Shown here one piece after another: positions 39,629-52,128 of a DNA stretch of 64,000 nt; position 1 is the first letter of the stretch, and each line of letters begins with the position of its first letter. The notes below the pieces were generated by a model. It made no database searches and was not told the origin of the DNA. It was given only the letters and a program-made list of their open reading frames with translations. The position numbers and the translations under genes were made by a program. This DNA is from Geosiphon pyriformis uo1 (lineage: Eukaryota > Fungi > Glomeromycota): contig JAAOMT010000504.1 in the NCBI GenBank assembly GCA_016748015.1, forward strand, positions 119,129 to 183,128, given 5' to 3'.

Positions 39629-41662
39629 ATGAATATGATAATGTTATTGACTTTAAAAAAAAAGTCGTTAATTTTACCAATAGGCATTTTTATTGCTTTA
39701 TCAGTAATAATAATCTTGATGCTAGTAGCATGATTAATTTGACAACCTAATTGGTCCATAAGTTGTTATGTGATAATGTTACTAGCTAATTTACTATCTA
39801 GAATTAGTTTGATGAACTGATTATTAACTTTAACATTAGTATATATTGCAGTAATAAGTTTTGATTTAAATGCAACTTCACTAAATAAGAGTGTTTCAAC
39901 TGTTTTTTTAAGTTTAAAAAAAAAGATGGTGGTAAATGATTTGTTTTTGGTAATTGTTATTGATAGAATATTGTTGAGAGGTATTTGAGTTTGATTAAAT
40001 TTTAATGAGTTAGATGTGTTAATTTCAGAAGATACTAAAAGGCTTAAATAGTGTTGAGCATTGGAATTTTAAATATAGCTAGTTTCCAAATTTTGCTGTT
40101 AAGATCCAGTTTGCTGGACTGCTAAACTAGAAATCAGTTGGTGTATTACCATTGCTGATTGCCAATTCTAACAGATCTGAGTAGTTTTTAGTCTTTGGTT
40201 TCTGTTTTGAAATAAGTTTTGCAACTGATTCTGATTTGGTTAAGACTAATAAATAATTTGGAGCTGAAATGGTTGATAAATTATTGGTGTTGGTGATTAA
40301 TAGATAAGTGGTAATGTGGTTGATATTGGTATTATTTAAGTAATTGATTATTGATGTAATTCTGAGTTTAAAATCAGCGATTGTGGTTTTAATACTGATT
40401 TTCTAATTGTTGATTGCTTAAATATTTGTAATATTCAAATTGCAAATATCTTTGTTTATCACAATAGTAATAATTACATATTTCTTGTCACTATTGTTGA
40501 TTGATTAATGATAATAGACATAATTGATTTTGGAAACTATTTGGGTTTTCTGAATTATTGTGGCATTGTAGTAGTTAATAAATTGCCTGATTATTAACTA
40601 AGTATTCTTCTAATTTTTGATTAATAGAATTACTAAATTGTTTTAATTTGAAGTCCAATTCAGATAATTTATTTATTAGTAGATTAACAGCTTGGACATA
40701 ATTAGCTTTTAGCTTGGCTAATTCAAAATTTTGAACATAAGTAACTACATCTTAAAGAGTTTATAAATGCATTGGATATATATATTGTAGAATGCTGTTA
40801 TATAGCCCACAAATGAACTGGTTTAAAATCTGTGATACTGTAAAATAATTTGTGTCAATTGCTTGTATTTGGTGCAGGTTTCTATGGAAGCATTCTAGAT
40901 AAGTAATAACAGCTTCAATATCTTTTTGTTTAATAATTGTGAAAGTATTTGCTAGATAATTGATGTTATTATTATTACTAAAATATCTTAAAAATTTCAG
41001 TTTAAATGCATAGAAGTTTTGGAGTTTCTGGATTAAGTTTTGATACCATAAATTAGCAGTATCTTGAAAAAAATATAGGATTGCCTATAATGCTCTGGCA
41101 TTGTCCTATCTATTGGCTGTAATGGTTTTTTCTATATTGTTGAGCCATACTTGGATATCATTTTCTTTGTTAGTGAATTTTTTGAGTTTTGTGATTGGAA
41201 CATAAGTTATCAGTGCTAATAGTAGTTATTGTTGTTGTAATTGTGATTACTGTTAAAGTTGTTGCTAAGGTAGTGGTTGTGACTGTTGTTGTTGCTGTTC
41301 AGCAATTAGAGCAACTAATGAATTTATTATGATTACTGGAAATAAGTATTGGGAAACAATGAGAGCAAAATTTGGATTGTTCAGATTTGGCTGGGTTTAA
41401 ACAATTAGAGTCTGAATTTCTGGGTTTTTTGAGATCAGATTTTGGATATTAATTTCCTAATTGCTATCTTCTTTTTCTTCAGAGTCTGTTATTTCTTAAA
41501 GACTGATAGCTTCAAAATCTGGTGGTAGTAATGGTGATCAAAATTTTAATAATATTATTAACCATAAATTAAATCTCTCAAAATAATTATTATAGATTTT
41601 TAATAACTTAGCTTTTTCTTGTTTACTTTGGAATGATATTTTGGCTAATGGTGTTTTTGTAT

Positions 41663-42547
41663 TGTTACTCATAAAATATAAGAAGTATATTAGCATATAA
41701 ATTAGCCAATCAGAAATAGCCATAGTAAATATAGAATTCTAGGATTCCTCTCAAAGGAATTACAGAATTTCAGAAATTTCAGAAATCTCATACAAGGAAT
41801 TGCAAGATTCCAAAATTCCAAGATTCTTTTCAGAAAAATTGCAGGATTCCAAGAATTCCAGGATTCCTGGTGTAAAAAATTGAGGAATTGAGGAATCTCA
41901 ATTATGTATATATAGCAGTAACATTAGAAGTAAAAAAAACAGACCTCTTAGTTTAGATTTGATCTAAGCAACCTTCTTCTCCACAAATATCAATAAATAA
42001 TTATTCACTATCTCAATCTACTTTCTACTATCAACACTTTATGTTGATAATAATTAATACTTAACCACACTAGAACAATAGCTCTTGATCATAGTTATTG
42101 ATGGAATATTAACATTTATTGCCTTGACTTATGTCTTTATTTTTTTTTTATTTTTTTATTTTTATTTTTATTTTATTTTTTTTGTGATTTCTTTTGTTTA
42201 CTAATTGATTAAAAAATTAAAAACACTAAATTATTGACATCAAAAATAGTCTGGTAAAAGACCCAGAAATAAGAGTAGAATTACATATATATTAATAGAT
42301 AACTTACTAAAAAGACATAACTGCCAGAATAAATCCAGCTGCCAAGCTGAGAAAAAAATTGGGCAAAATTGCAATTCCAAAAGACTACTAAGAAGACAAC
42401 AATTAAATCTCTGTCTATTATACAAAAAACTCCACAACAAAACCTTCAGATCACTTAAAACTTCAGATATTAACATCATTCATCAATTGAGCACCAAGTT
42501 ACAGGTTTTGTTATTTGATTTGAGACCCCAAATAATTACTTGTAATA
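41663..42547 (+). repeat. 5' LTR of E5 (U3 type B)
   Basis: TGTTAC start; GGAATTCC/GGAATTGC array ~41733-41900; TATATATA 41907-41914; AATAAA ~41992. Confidence 0.93.
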
Positions 42548-42549
42548 TT

Positions 42550-42566
42550 TGGTGCTCTCTGTGAGG
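42550..42566 (+). promoter_or_regulatory. Primer binding site, complementary to a tRNA 3' end resembling elongator tRNA-Met
   Basis: TGGTGCTCTCTGTGAGG is the complement of CCUCACAGAGAGCACCA. Confidence 0.8.
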
Positions 42567-45500
42567 TATAATCCTACAGAGAACCAGTACCAACAACAAT
42601 TATCCAAAAGTGGCAGAATCAGAAATCATAGGAACAAACTATTTAGAATTCACCAAATTCTTGTTTCAACAATACAGTCAACAATTAGAATTAAACAATA
42701 ACCATTTTCCAGCAAAATCAGCCTTCAATTTTTACATCAACAATAAAATTACAGACTGTTTAGGAGGAACAGTTAACATTAAATCTGCAAGAGAAAATTT
42801 TTATACAGAATTGTTTTAATATACCAGCTTACCAAAAAACTACAATTTTGCACCAATCATTAGGGAAATCAATCAAACCATTGAAAGATACACCCAACAA
42901 CAATTTCCCATCATCTATGTAGACAAAGACAAAGAAAGATTGCAAACACCAGCAATAATACCCAAAAATATACAACCACCCACTTAGAAAAAAACCAGAG
43001 TTGAATTATCAACTAATCTATCATACTATTATATACCAAGAAGTGCTATCAATATCTTCTCAACAGACATGTTTACATCAAATGTGACATCAACTTTTGG
43101 ATAATTCCTATTTTAAAGTAAACAAAAAAAAGCAGAATTATTAGGACTATATGGTGAATATTTTGAAGGATTTAAATTACGATTACCAATGCCATTAAGA
43201 TTTTGATCACTGCCATCTCAACCAGATTTTGGAACTGTAAGTTTGTGGGAAGTAACAGAATCAGAAGAAGAAAAAAGTAAGGATCAAGAAGTTACTTATC
43301 AAAACCTGATCCTAAAAAATATGGAAATTGAAACTCCAAAATTTTAAACTTCTTCAAATCTGAACAATCCAAACCCCAAAACAATTAATTAGCAAAACTT
43401 ACCTCCAATAATTGTCATCAATCAGCCACTAATTGAACCAATTATTAAACCAATTCAACAGCAGCCACTTCAACAACCACAACAACAACCAATGGTCTAT
43501 GCTCCAATTGCCAAAATAGAAAAATTTACTGGTGAAGAGAACAATGCCCAAGTATGATTCAACAACATAGAAAAAGTTATTATAGTCAATGGATGGAATA
43601 ACAACAGAGCCCTTCAAATAATTTTCTATTTTCTGCAAGATACCACCAACTTGTGATATTAAAGTTTAGTTGCCAAATCTTAAATGTTCCAGAAATTCAA
43701 AATTGCATTCTTGGGATATTTTAGTAATAATAACAGTATTAATCACTTAGCTAACACCTTTATCACAATCAAACAGAGAGAAACTGAAGCTATTACTACT
43801 TACTTGGAATGCTTTCACAAGAACTTGCACCAAATCCAAGCAATTCAAGCTGACTATTTTACAGCACCACAGATTCTGAATTAGTTTATCCATGGTCTGT
43901 GCAGTAATCTTCTCCAACACATATGACCATTACACCCAGCAACACTTCAAGATGCAGTTACACAGGCTAGGAACTTTGAGTCAGCTGAATTAAAGGCTAA
44001 CTACATCCAAGCCATGAATCTAGTAATAAATAAATCATCTGAATTGGATTCCAAATTGAAGCAATTTAGTGATTCTATTAATCAGAAATTGAAAGGATAC
44101 TTAGCTAACACCAATCAGGCAATCTATCAACCACTACAATGATGCAGCAACCAAGGAAACTCTAATCATTTTCAAAATCAACTATGTCTGGCACCATTAA
44201 CCAATCAACAATGACAACAAAAAATGCATGCTTGCCACTATTGTGGTAGACAGGGATACTTACAAATAGACTGCCACTAATGTTTAAATAATCAACAATT
44301 GAGAAATCAATATCAAAACTCTAATTGCCAGTTTCAAACTCTAACTTATCAATTAAACTCAACTTCATATTAACCAACTTATCTGTCATTAATGCAACAG
44401 TCAATGTATCAACCACTTGTATATCAACCGCCAATTTATCAACCACAGTCACAAGCCATGTATTAACTACAGCCACAAATAATTTATCAAATTCTAATAC
44501 TGCCATTAAACTCAGCTCAGATGACATCAGAAAATTCCAGATCAAGAATCACCCAAAACTAGAAATCAGTAATAATTGTTCACCAACCAATTCTCAGTTC
44601 ATCTAATCAGCTGTCAGGATCATGCCAGCAGAGTTCAGGAACTGAGTATACCCAAAACCCAAGTTCTTAGAATTATTTAAGTCTCTTGGTTATTTTAGAA
44701 GACGCCTTATCCAACAACTTGGAAATAAACCAGAAATCACTTACCAGCAACATACCACCAGCCACTGTTATAGAAAATGAATCACTTACAGCTATATTCC
44801 CCTTCAAAATTGAGGAACTGTCAAAAACATCTTTGTTCAGTGGAGCCACACTCAAGGAAAAACTCATTATGGCAATATACACTAATACCAAAATTGATGG
44901 TTATTTTATCAAACTAATTCTAAATAGTAGATCAGCTGACAGCATTATCACAAAACAGCTCATAGACTAATTAGGTCATCAAGTTGATTGAGCTGCCAAT
45001 GCAAGGATAATTACTGCTAATAGAGCCACCAAGACTCCAATTGGTAAAATAAATAACTTATCTATCAAAGTTAATATCATTGTATTAATCAAGGTATTAG
45101 TTATAGAAGCCACTCAGTACCAAGTATTCATTGGCAATAACTGGCTGTCCAAATTCAATACAACACTTGATTAAAACATCCAAAAGCTTTAACTTAGCCA
45201 GAACAGTCGACACACATGTGTACCAGCCACATGTGGCCACTTTAAGTCTATTATTATGCCATCAGCACCACTCATTGAGTTTGAAGAAGAATAAAGAAAA
45301 TTTACCTGGGAGGCATATTAAATTTCTTGGGCCAATAACGATCACAATAAGCTATCACCGATTCTACATTGGGGAGAAAAAAACAAAGAAAAAAAGAAAA
45401 AAAAAAGAAGACATACATAAAGAGAACCAGAACAACGCAGAAATTAGCAGTTGAAAAAATTTTTACTCCACAAATACCAGGCCAGAACCACCTTATATTT

Positions 45501-48500
45501 CACTCAGGTATAAAGACTACAAGAAAAAATTATTCTCCATGGGAGCTTGGGTTGCACCAAATGAAAATTACTGGATGTGAACCCACTATTACTGCAAGTC
45601 ATATCACCAAGAACAGTATAACTATCCAAAACAACAAGACAAGTGGGACAACAAACCATGTCTCACTTGTGGAGAACAGTTGCTTGATAAAGGAATATGG
45701 AATAACATTTCTAGTCAAGAAAGAACATGTGACACTTTGTACCAGTACATGATCCTTATAAATGACTGGATAAGCTGTGGCACTTCCATTACAGCAGTCT
45801 GGCACTGAGCAATAACTTGCTTAGATGATTATCCACATAATGAAGACAAGATTTGGAGAATGATAAATACCAAAATAGAAGGAGCCATGTCTAGTAAAAT
45901 CTTAGAAATTAAAAATAATCCCCCAGAACCAGTTGACATCATTTTCATCCCAAACCCAGATGCTTTTTTCAACATAGAGACAGGCCCAGAAGAGTTTCAT
46001 GAGCACTATTAAAACTTGGCACCAACAAGAGAAGAGTAAGAACAATGGTTGGAAGAAATAAACACAAAACTATGTGACCATTGTTTGATTCCATATGACT
46101 TTTAGTATTGTAATAAGTGTGATCTCATTTACAATCCACCACTACACATGATTTACACAATCCCAGAGGAAAAAAAACCAATCAGCAGCTGCACATCAGA
46201 ATTGGAATTAATTTTCAATCTCAATTCAAACTTCGACAATAATGATGATAAAAATAATGGTTCCAGTTCTACTTAAAATGACAATGAAAACAATAACAAT
46301 TTAGACTCTAATTCAAACCCCAAAACATACATCACACTTCCTGATCTTACCAAAAAACAAGAACTGAAATGGTTTAGTGATAATGATGAAGATATTATAT
46401 CAGAACAAGTGCATGATACTAATGTAGAGTTTGATCTAAGATATCTGGAAAAAGATGCCATCAAATTGGAACCATATATACACACCTGCATTGATCTCAA
46501 AATAACACTAGAAATTTTAGCAACAACAATAGTCCAACTAGCATTTAGGAGTAGTTTAGCAAAAAAAGGAATCAATATCAAAGAAGAAATAACTGATGCA
46601 GAATATGTGGGAAATATCATTATTATGTTACAAAATGACTCAGAAAAGGCCTATATCATAGAGCCAAACAAAAAGATAGCATATGTAATATTCCTGTTTC
46701 TGGTTAAAATAGCTCAATTAGTATAAGTGAGAAACAGAGAAGAATTAGGAATTACAGCAAAAGGAATACAGGGATTTGGATTCACAGATAGAATAAATAT
46801 ATTAGTCAATATGGCAGAAGAAGAGGTTATTGACAAAAAAGAAATTATCTCCACCTGTCAACTAATCTCTATTCTATCATATAACCAATACATAGTAGTC
46901 ATAGAGAGAAAAGTGAAAGACCAGGTCCAGATTTTTGAAGCAAAAGCAACCCTTTGTGAATCAGAAAAAATTGGATTAGTTAATCTACACATACCAGCCA
47001 AGAACCACAATCACATTAAAATTCCCATTTACAACAACACAAAAGACATCATTGAGATATCTGAAGGGACCATCATTGGATACTTAACCACTGAAATTGA
47101 AGACCAATTGTCAAACACCATTCCAGACTTTCCACAACTGTGTGAATACATGGATATTATATCATAAACAATATATGGATGAGAAGAATATTATCTGCTC
47201 TAACCAAAACAATTGGAACAGATGAACTTGAGAAACTTAGACCCACTTCAACAAATGCAACTCAAGATATTACTCAACAAATTCAATAACATCTTTGCCA
47301 GTGAAAATAAATTTGGCCATACTGATATCATCCAGCATCAAATCAAGACTAGGGATGCAATGCCAATAAAACAATGAGCATACAGAGTACCACCAACCAG
47401 TTATAAAATTATTTGTTAAGAAATCAATCAGATGCTTGACAATAGGTTAATTCAATTATCAATGAGCCCATAGTCATCACCAGTGATACTAGTCCATAAA
47501 AAGAATGGAAAAATTTGTTTTTGTGTAGACTACCAGAAACTGAATGGAGTAATAAAGAGAGATAGCTATTCAACTCCAAAAATCCAAGAACTGTTCAATG
47601 CATTTAGAGGAAAGAAATAATTCTTAACTTTAGACTTAGACAATGATTACTGGCAAGTAGCCATAAAACCGGAAGATAAAAAAAAGACAGTTTTTACAAT
47701 GCAAAAAAGAAATTTCGAATTTGAAGTAATGCCATTTGGCTTAATGAATGCTCCAGCCACATTCCAATGGCTTATAGAAATTGTTTATAACAAACTATTA
47801 TAGAAATCAGTAGTCATATATTTAGATGACATCAATGTGTTTTCAAAAACATTTGATAATCATCTGTATTATTTTCAACAAGTATTTGAAAAACTCAGAT
47901 GAGCAGGATTGAAATTAAATGCAAACAAATGTTTCTTTGGCAAAACAGAACTCAAGTTCTTGGGGCATGTTGTGAGAAAGATGACATCAAAATAGATCTG
48001 AACAAAATTGCAATAGTAAAGAACTTTTTAGTACTAACTAACTTGACAGAATTAAAAGCATTTTTGGAATTTGCAGACTATTATTGCTGCTTTATCAAAG
48101 ACTTTTCTAAACTGGCTCAGCCATTCCATCATTTACAAACCAAAAATAAGAAGTATGAATGGACAGAAGCTAAACAAAAAGCATTTGACACATTAAGAAG
48201 AAAGCTTATTCAAGTTTCAGTATTGATATATCCAAATCATAGCAAACCATTCATCATCATCACCAATGTATCAGACCAAGCATTGGAAGCAGTATTATTA
48301 CAAAGAAGACTGGATGGAAGAGAACATCTAGTAGTATATGCCAACCAAAATTTGAGTTCAGCTGAAAAAAATTATAGTACACCAGCATTGGAACACTTAG
48401 CAATCTATTGGACAGTCACAAAATAGAAGGAATACTTGAGCCAAAAGTTTGATGTGTATACTGACCACAAAAGATTAACTTCAATCTAGAAACAAAAATT

Positions 48501-50027
48501 TGGGGATGATTGTCATGTAAAATAGAAAATAGCACTATTACTATATATATTTACAGTACATTATAAAAAGGAAAAAGACAATGGAAATGCTGACAGTTTG
48601 TCGCAAATAAGACAAATCTAAAAACATTTAAACCCAAAAAATATAACAAAAAGATGAATATACAAAAATACCAACATTATATAAATATCCAATTATTCAA
48701 GAAAAAATTATCTCAAAAAAAACAAAACAACATAAAACAACAATCAAAATATTTTATTAACCATTAAAATATACTTTACCAAAAAAACAGAAAGAATTCA
48801 GATCAATCAATCAAAGTAATTACAGAACCAGAGAAAGAGACAATATTATTTAACATGCACTCAAATCCAACAGCAGGACATTTTCATAAAGAAGCAACTA
48901 TAGAAAAAACCAAAAAGAGATACTATTGGCCATCAATGTATCTAGACATCATCCAATATGTTCAAAATTGTGATGCTTATCAGAGAAGAGGAGGAGCAAA
49001 ACCCAGTGAACCATTGAGACCAATCAAAGTGAGACAACTATTTAATCACATTGGAATTGACTTAGTTGGACTATTAATCATAACCAGCAGAGGCAATAGA
49101 TATATTGTAGTAGTCATGGATTATTTTACTAAATGACCAGAAGCAAAAACCATTCAAAGAACAAATGCAGAATCTGTTGCCAAATTCATTCATCCAAATT
49201 TGATCTGTCAACATGAATGTCCAAAAGAACTACTATCAGATCAAGGAACTCACTTTGTGAATAAAACATTGGCAGAATTAAGTCAAAGATTTAGAATAAA
49301 AAGACCATTATTATCACCATATCATTCACAAACTAATGGGCTAATAGAAAGATTTAATAAAACACTGTGTGAAGCAATTGCTAAAATCAGCCAAAAAAAC
49401 CAGGATGAATGAAATTTGTTCATACCATCAGTACTATTTGCTTATCAGACAATAAAGCAAGATACAACACAGACAACATCATTTGAATTAGTATATAGTA
49501 GAACAGCAATATTATCAGTAGAGATAAAAGTACAAACATATCCAACAGAACTAATAACAGAAGAAAATTTTCAAAGAACATTATTGAAAAGAACATATAA
49601 CTTGATGGAAACTTTAGAAAACAAATGGTGAAAAGCAGCTGATAACATTCAAAAGTCACAAAAAAAACAAAAAGAAAGACATGATAACCAACTATTATAT
49701 AAACCAGTTGAATTCAAGATTGGAGACAAAGTACTTTTATATTATACTAAAGCAGAAAAACAATGGAGTAGAAAATTTGACCCCAAATGGAATGAATCAT
49801 TTCACATAGAAAAAATTCTAAAAAATAGAGCTTATAAATTAAGATAGAACAACAAAATCTTAGCCAAAGCAGTACATGGCAATTGACTGAAACTATATTA
49901 TCATATAGTATTATTATTTACCAATAACATTCTACAACTGAGAATACAACAAATACTAGTCTAACCAGATGAAATTTCACAAGATCTGGAACCAATAATA
50001 ATTATTGAACTAAATACGTCAAATTGA
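42567..50027 (+). pseudogene. gag-pol polyprotein of E5 (Gag-PR-Cys-rich-dUTPase-RT-RH-IN), many premature stops
   Basis: ORF-track fragments 42610, 43684, 44686, 46409, 46727, 47899, 48855, 49200 and 49416 are consecutive pieces in Ty3/Gypsy order (RT-RH-IN). Confidence 0.92.
46370..46790 (+). pseudogene. dUTPase domain of E5 pol
   Basis: HDTNVEFDLRY (motif 1), LAFRSSLAKKGI (motif 2), ITDAEYVGNI (motif 3), KIAYVIF (motif 4), AKGIQGFGFTD (motif 5). Confidence 0.88.
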
Positions 50028-50081
50028 ACAAATAAAAAAATATAAAAAGACATAGTAAACATGATAAAAGATATTAGAAAA

Positions 50082-50712
50082 ATGGAAATTACTGATGACA
50101 TTTACTTACTAGCACAACAACTCTTCCAACTAATTCAAAAACAGGATATGAAAATTATCATTAATTAACAAACCATTAGATACAAAGATACTAGGAAAAT
50201 ACCTCAATACAAAGTACAGAAGAAACCAGAAAACACTGTTAAAAAAATAATTCTAAAAGTAAAATTGGCAATAGAAAAGCCAACAAATGTCACCACAGAT
50301 CAAAAAGTAACTAAAAAAAACTTGAATATAGTGAATACAACAATTTCCAAGAAACTTTTGCTACTTTCACTTGGGACAACATCTGAATATTCAGAACTTA
50401 TATACAAATAAAACAAGATAATTATTCAATACAACAATACTACAACAACTTGAAAAATTTGTGGGAAAAAACAATCTAACAACACAAGCAAGAGCCATTT
50501 ACAAATTGTATGTTGGATTTCAAGATCAATCAGAAATCTTACTTAATCTGGTAATAGATACCATCACTATTAACCAGATGAGAAAAATAACCAATGTCCA
50601 ATTTGAAGAATTACAGAACAAGATAACACAAATAATTCTTGAAAAAGAAATTGAAAAAATACTTAACAACAGAAAATTAGAATTAAGAGATCTTAACAAA
50701 GCTTAATATTAA
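50082..50712 (+). pseudogene. Accessory ORF3 (allele B) of E5
   Basis: MEITDDIYLLAQQLFQLIQKQD... with one frameshift in an A-run, then ...NFCYFHLGQHLNIQNLY... and ORF-track 50461-50706. Confidence 0.78.
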
Positions 50713-50725
50713 AAGAAAAAAATAA

Positions 50726-51588
50726 TATTACTTATAAAATATAAGAAGTATATTAGCATATAAATTAGCTAACCAGAAATAGCCATAGTAAATGTGGAAT
50801 TCTAGAATTTTTTTCAAAAGAATTGCAGAATTTTAGGAATTTCAGAATTCTCATACAAAAAATCACAGAATTCCAGAATTCCAGGATTCTTCTTAAAAGA
50901 ATTGCAGGATTCCAGGAATTCCAGGCTTCCTGGTGTAAAAAATTGAGAAATTGAGGAATCTCAATTATGTATATATAGTGGTAACATTAGAAGTAAAAAA
51001 GACAGATCTTTCAGTTTAGATTTGATCTAAACAACCCTCTTTTTCACAAATATCAATAAATAATTATTCATTATCTCAATCTACTCTCTACTATTAAAAT
51101 TTATGTTGATAGTAATTAATACTTAACCACACTGAAACAATAGCTTTTAATCATGGTTATTGATGGAATACTAACATTTATTGTCTTGACTTATGTTTTT
51201 ATTTTTCTTTTTTTTATTTTCTTTGTGATTTTTTTTGTTTACTAATTGATTAAAAGATTAAAAGCACTGAGTTATTGATGTCAAGGATAGCTTAGTAAAA
51301 GATCCAGAAATAAGGGTAAAATTACATATATATTAATGGATAGCTTACCAGAAGAGCACAACTGCCAGAATAAATCCAGCCATCAAGCTGAGAAAAAAAT
51401 TGGGCAAAATTGCAATTCTGGAAGACTACTGAGAAGACAACAATTAAATCTTTGTCTATTATACAAAGAACTCCACAACAAAATCTTCAGATTACCCAAA
51501 ACTTCAGATATCAATATCATTTATCAATTAAGCACTAAGTTACAGATTTTGTTATTTGATTTGAGACCCCAAATAATCACTTGTAACA
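50726..51588 (+). repeat. 3' LTR of E5 (U3 type B)
   Basis: Colinear with the 5' LTR, differing almost only by transitions; ends TGTAACA. Confidence 0.93.
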
Positions 51589-52128
51589 GCATTTAATGTA
51601 AATGCACTTGTTAATGTTATGTTGATGATACTTCTAAGTATGTAATAGTATGATAAGTATATGAGTAATTTGACTCTTGGTTTCTTCCAAATGGGTGGTT
51701 GTATTTGTTTTGGAGTTTTTGTTAGTGTTTGCAATCTTCCTTTTTCTTTGTTAGCGAAGGTGATAGAAAATTTTTGTTTAGTGTATTTTTCAATCTTTCT
51801 GTTTATTTCTGTAATTAAGGTTGCAAATACATAGTTTTATAGAAGTGTGATATGTTGGAGTAGTTCATTAAAAAAATTGTTAAAAACAGATTCTGGATTT
51901 TCTTGACCTCCCAAGTAGTATGTAATTTTTTTGTTGATGTAATAATTAAAAGCTGATTCCATTGACCAACTATTATCTGTCAATTCAAGATAATTTTTGT
52001 AATATTGAAATAAAAATTTTGCAAATTCTAAGTGGTTTGTCCCTATTTTTTCTGATTCTGCTACTGTTTCAGATAATTGCTGTTAATGCTGGTTTTCTGT
52101 TAGATTATATCTCACAGAAAGCACTAAA

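Larger units (their letters stand above)
41663..51588 (+). mobile_element. Full-length Gypsy copy E5 (~9.9 kb), best preserved, nested in E4 gag, TSD GTAT/GCAT
   Basis: LTRs 41663-42547 and 50726-51588; PBS; gag with CHYCGRQGYLQIDC knuckle (~44233); protease LNSRSA (decayed LDSGS, ~44920); Cys-rich; dUTPase; RT YLDD (~47820); RH; IN (HHCC 48855, GIDLVG, LSDQGTHF, NGLIERFN); ORF3. Confidence 0.96.

Noticed and set aside
41733-41900. GAATTCC-type arrays as CRISPR or satellite
   Set aside because: No unique spacers, no cas genes, eukaryotic context; always at the U3 position of LTRs.
42020-42110. Hammerhead-like ribozyme in the LTR hairpin region
   Set aside because: The CUGANGA/GAAA core and three-stem topology are not present consistently.
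44321-44606. Ser/Thr/Asn-rich alternative-frame and antisense ORFs over gag (also 20251-20643)
   Set aside because: Shadow frames of the Gln/Pro/Tyr-rich Gag tail; C>T stops hit the true frame preferentially.
50082-50712. ORF3 as env or chromodomain
   Set aside because: No signal peptide, transmembrane segment or chromodomain motif, and it is a separate ORF after the integrase stop.
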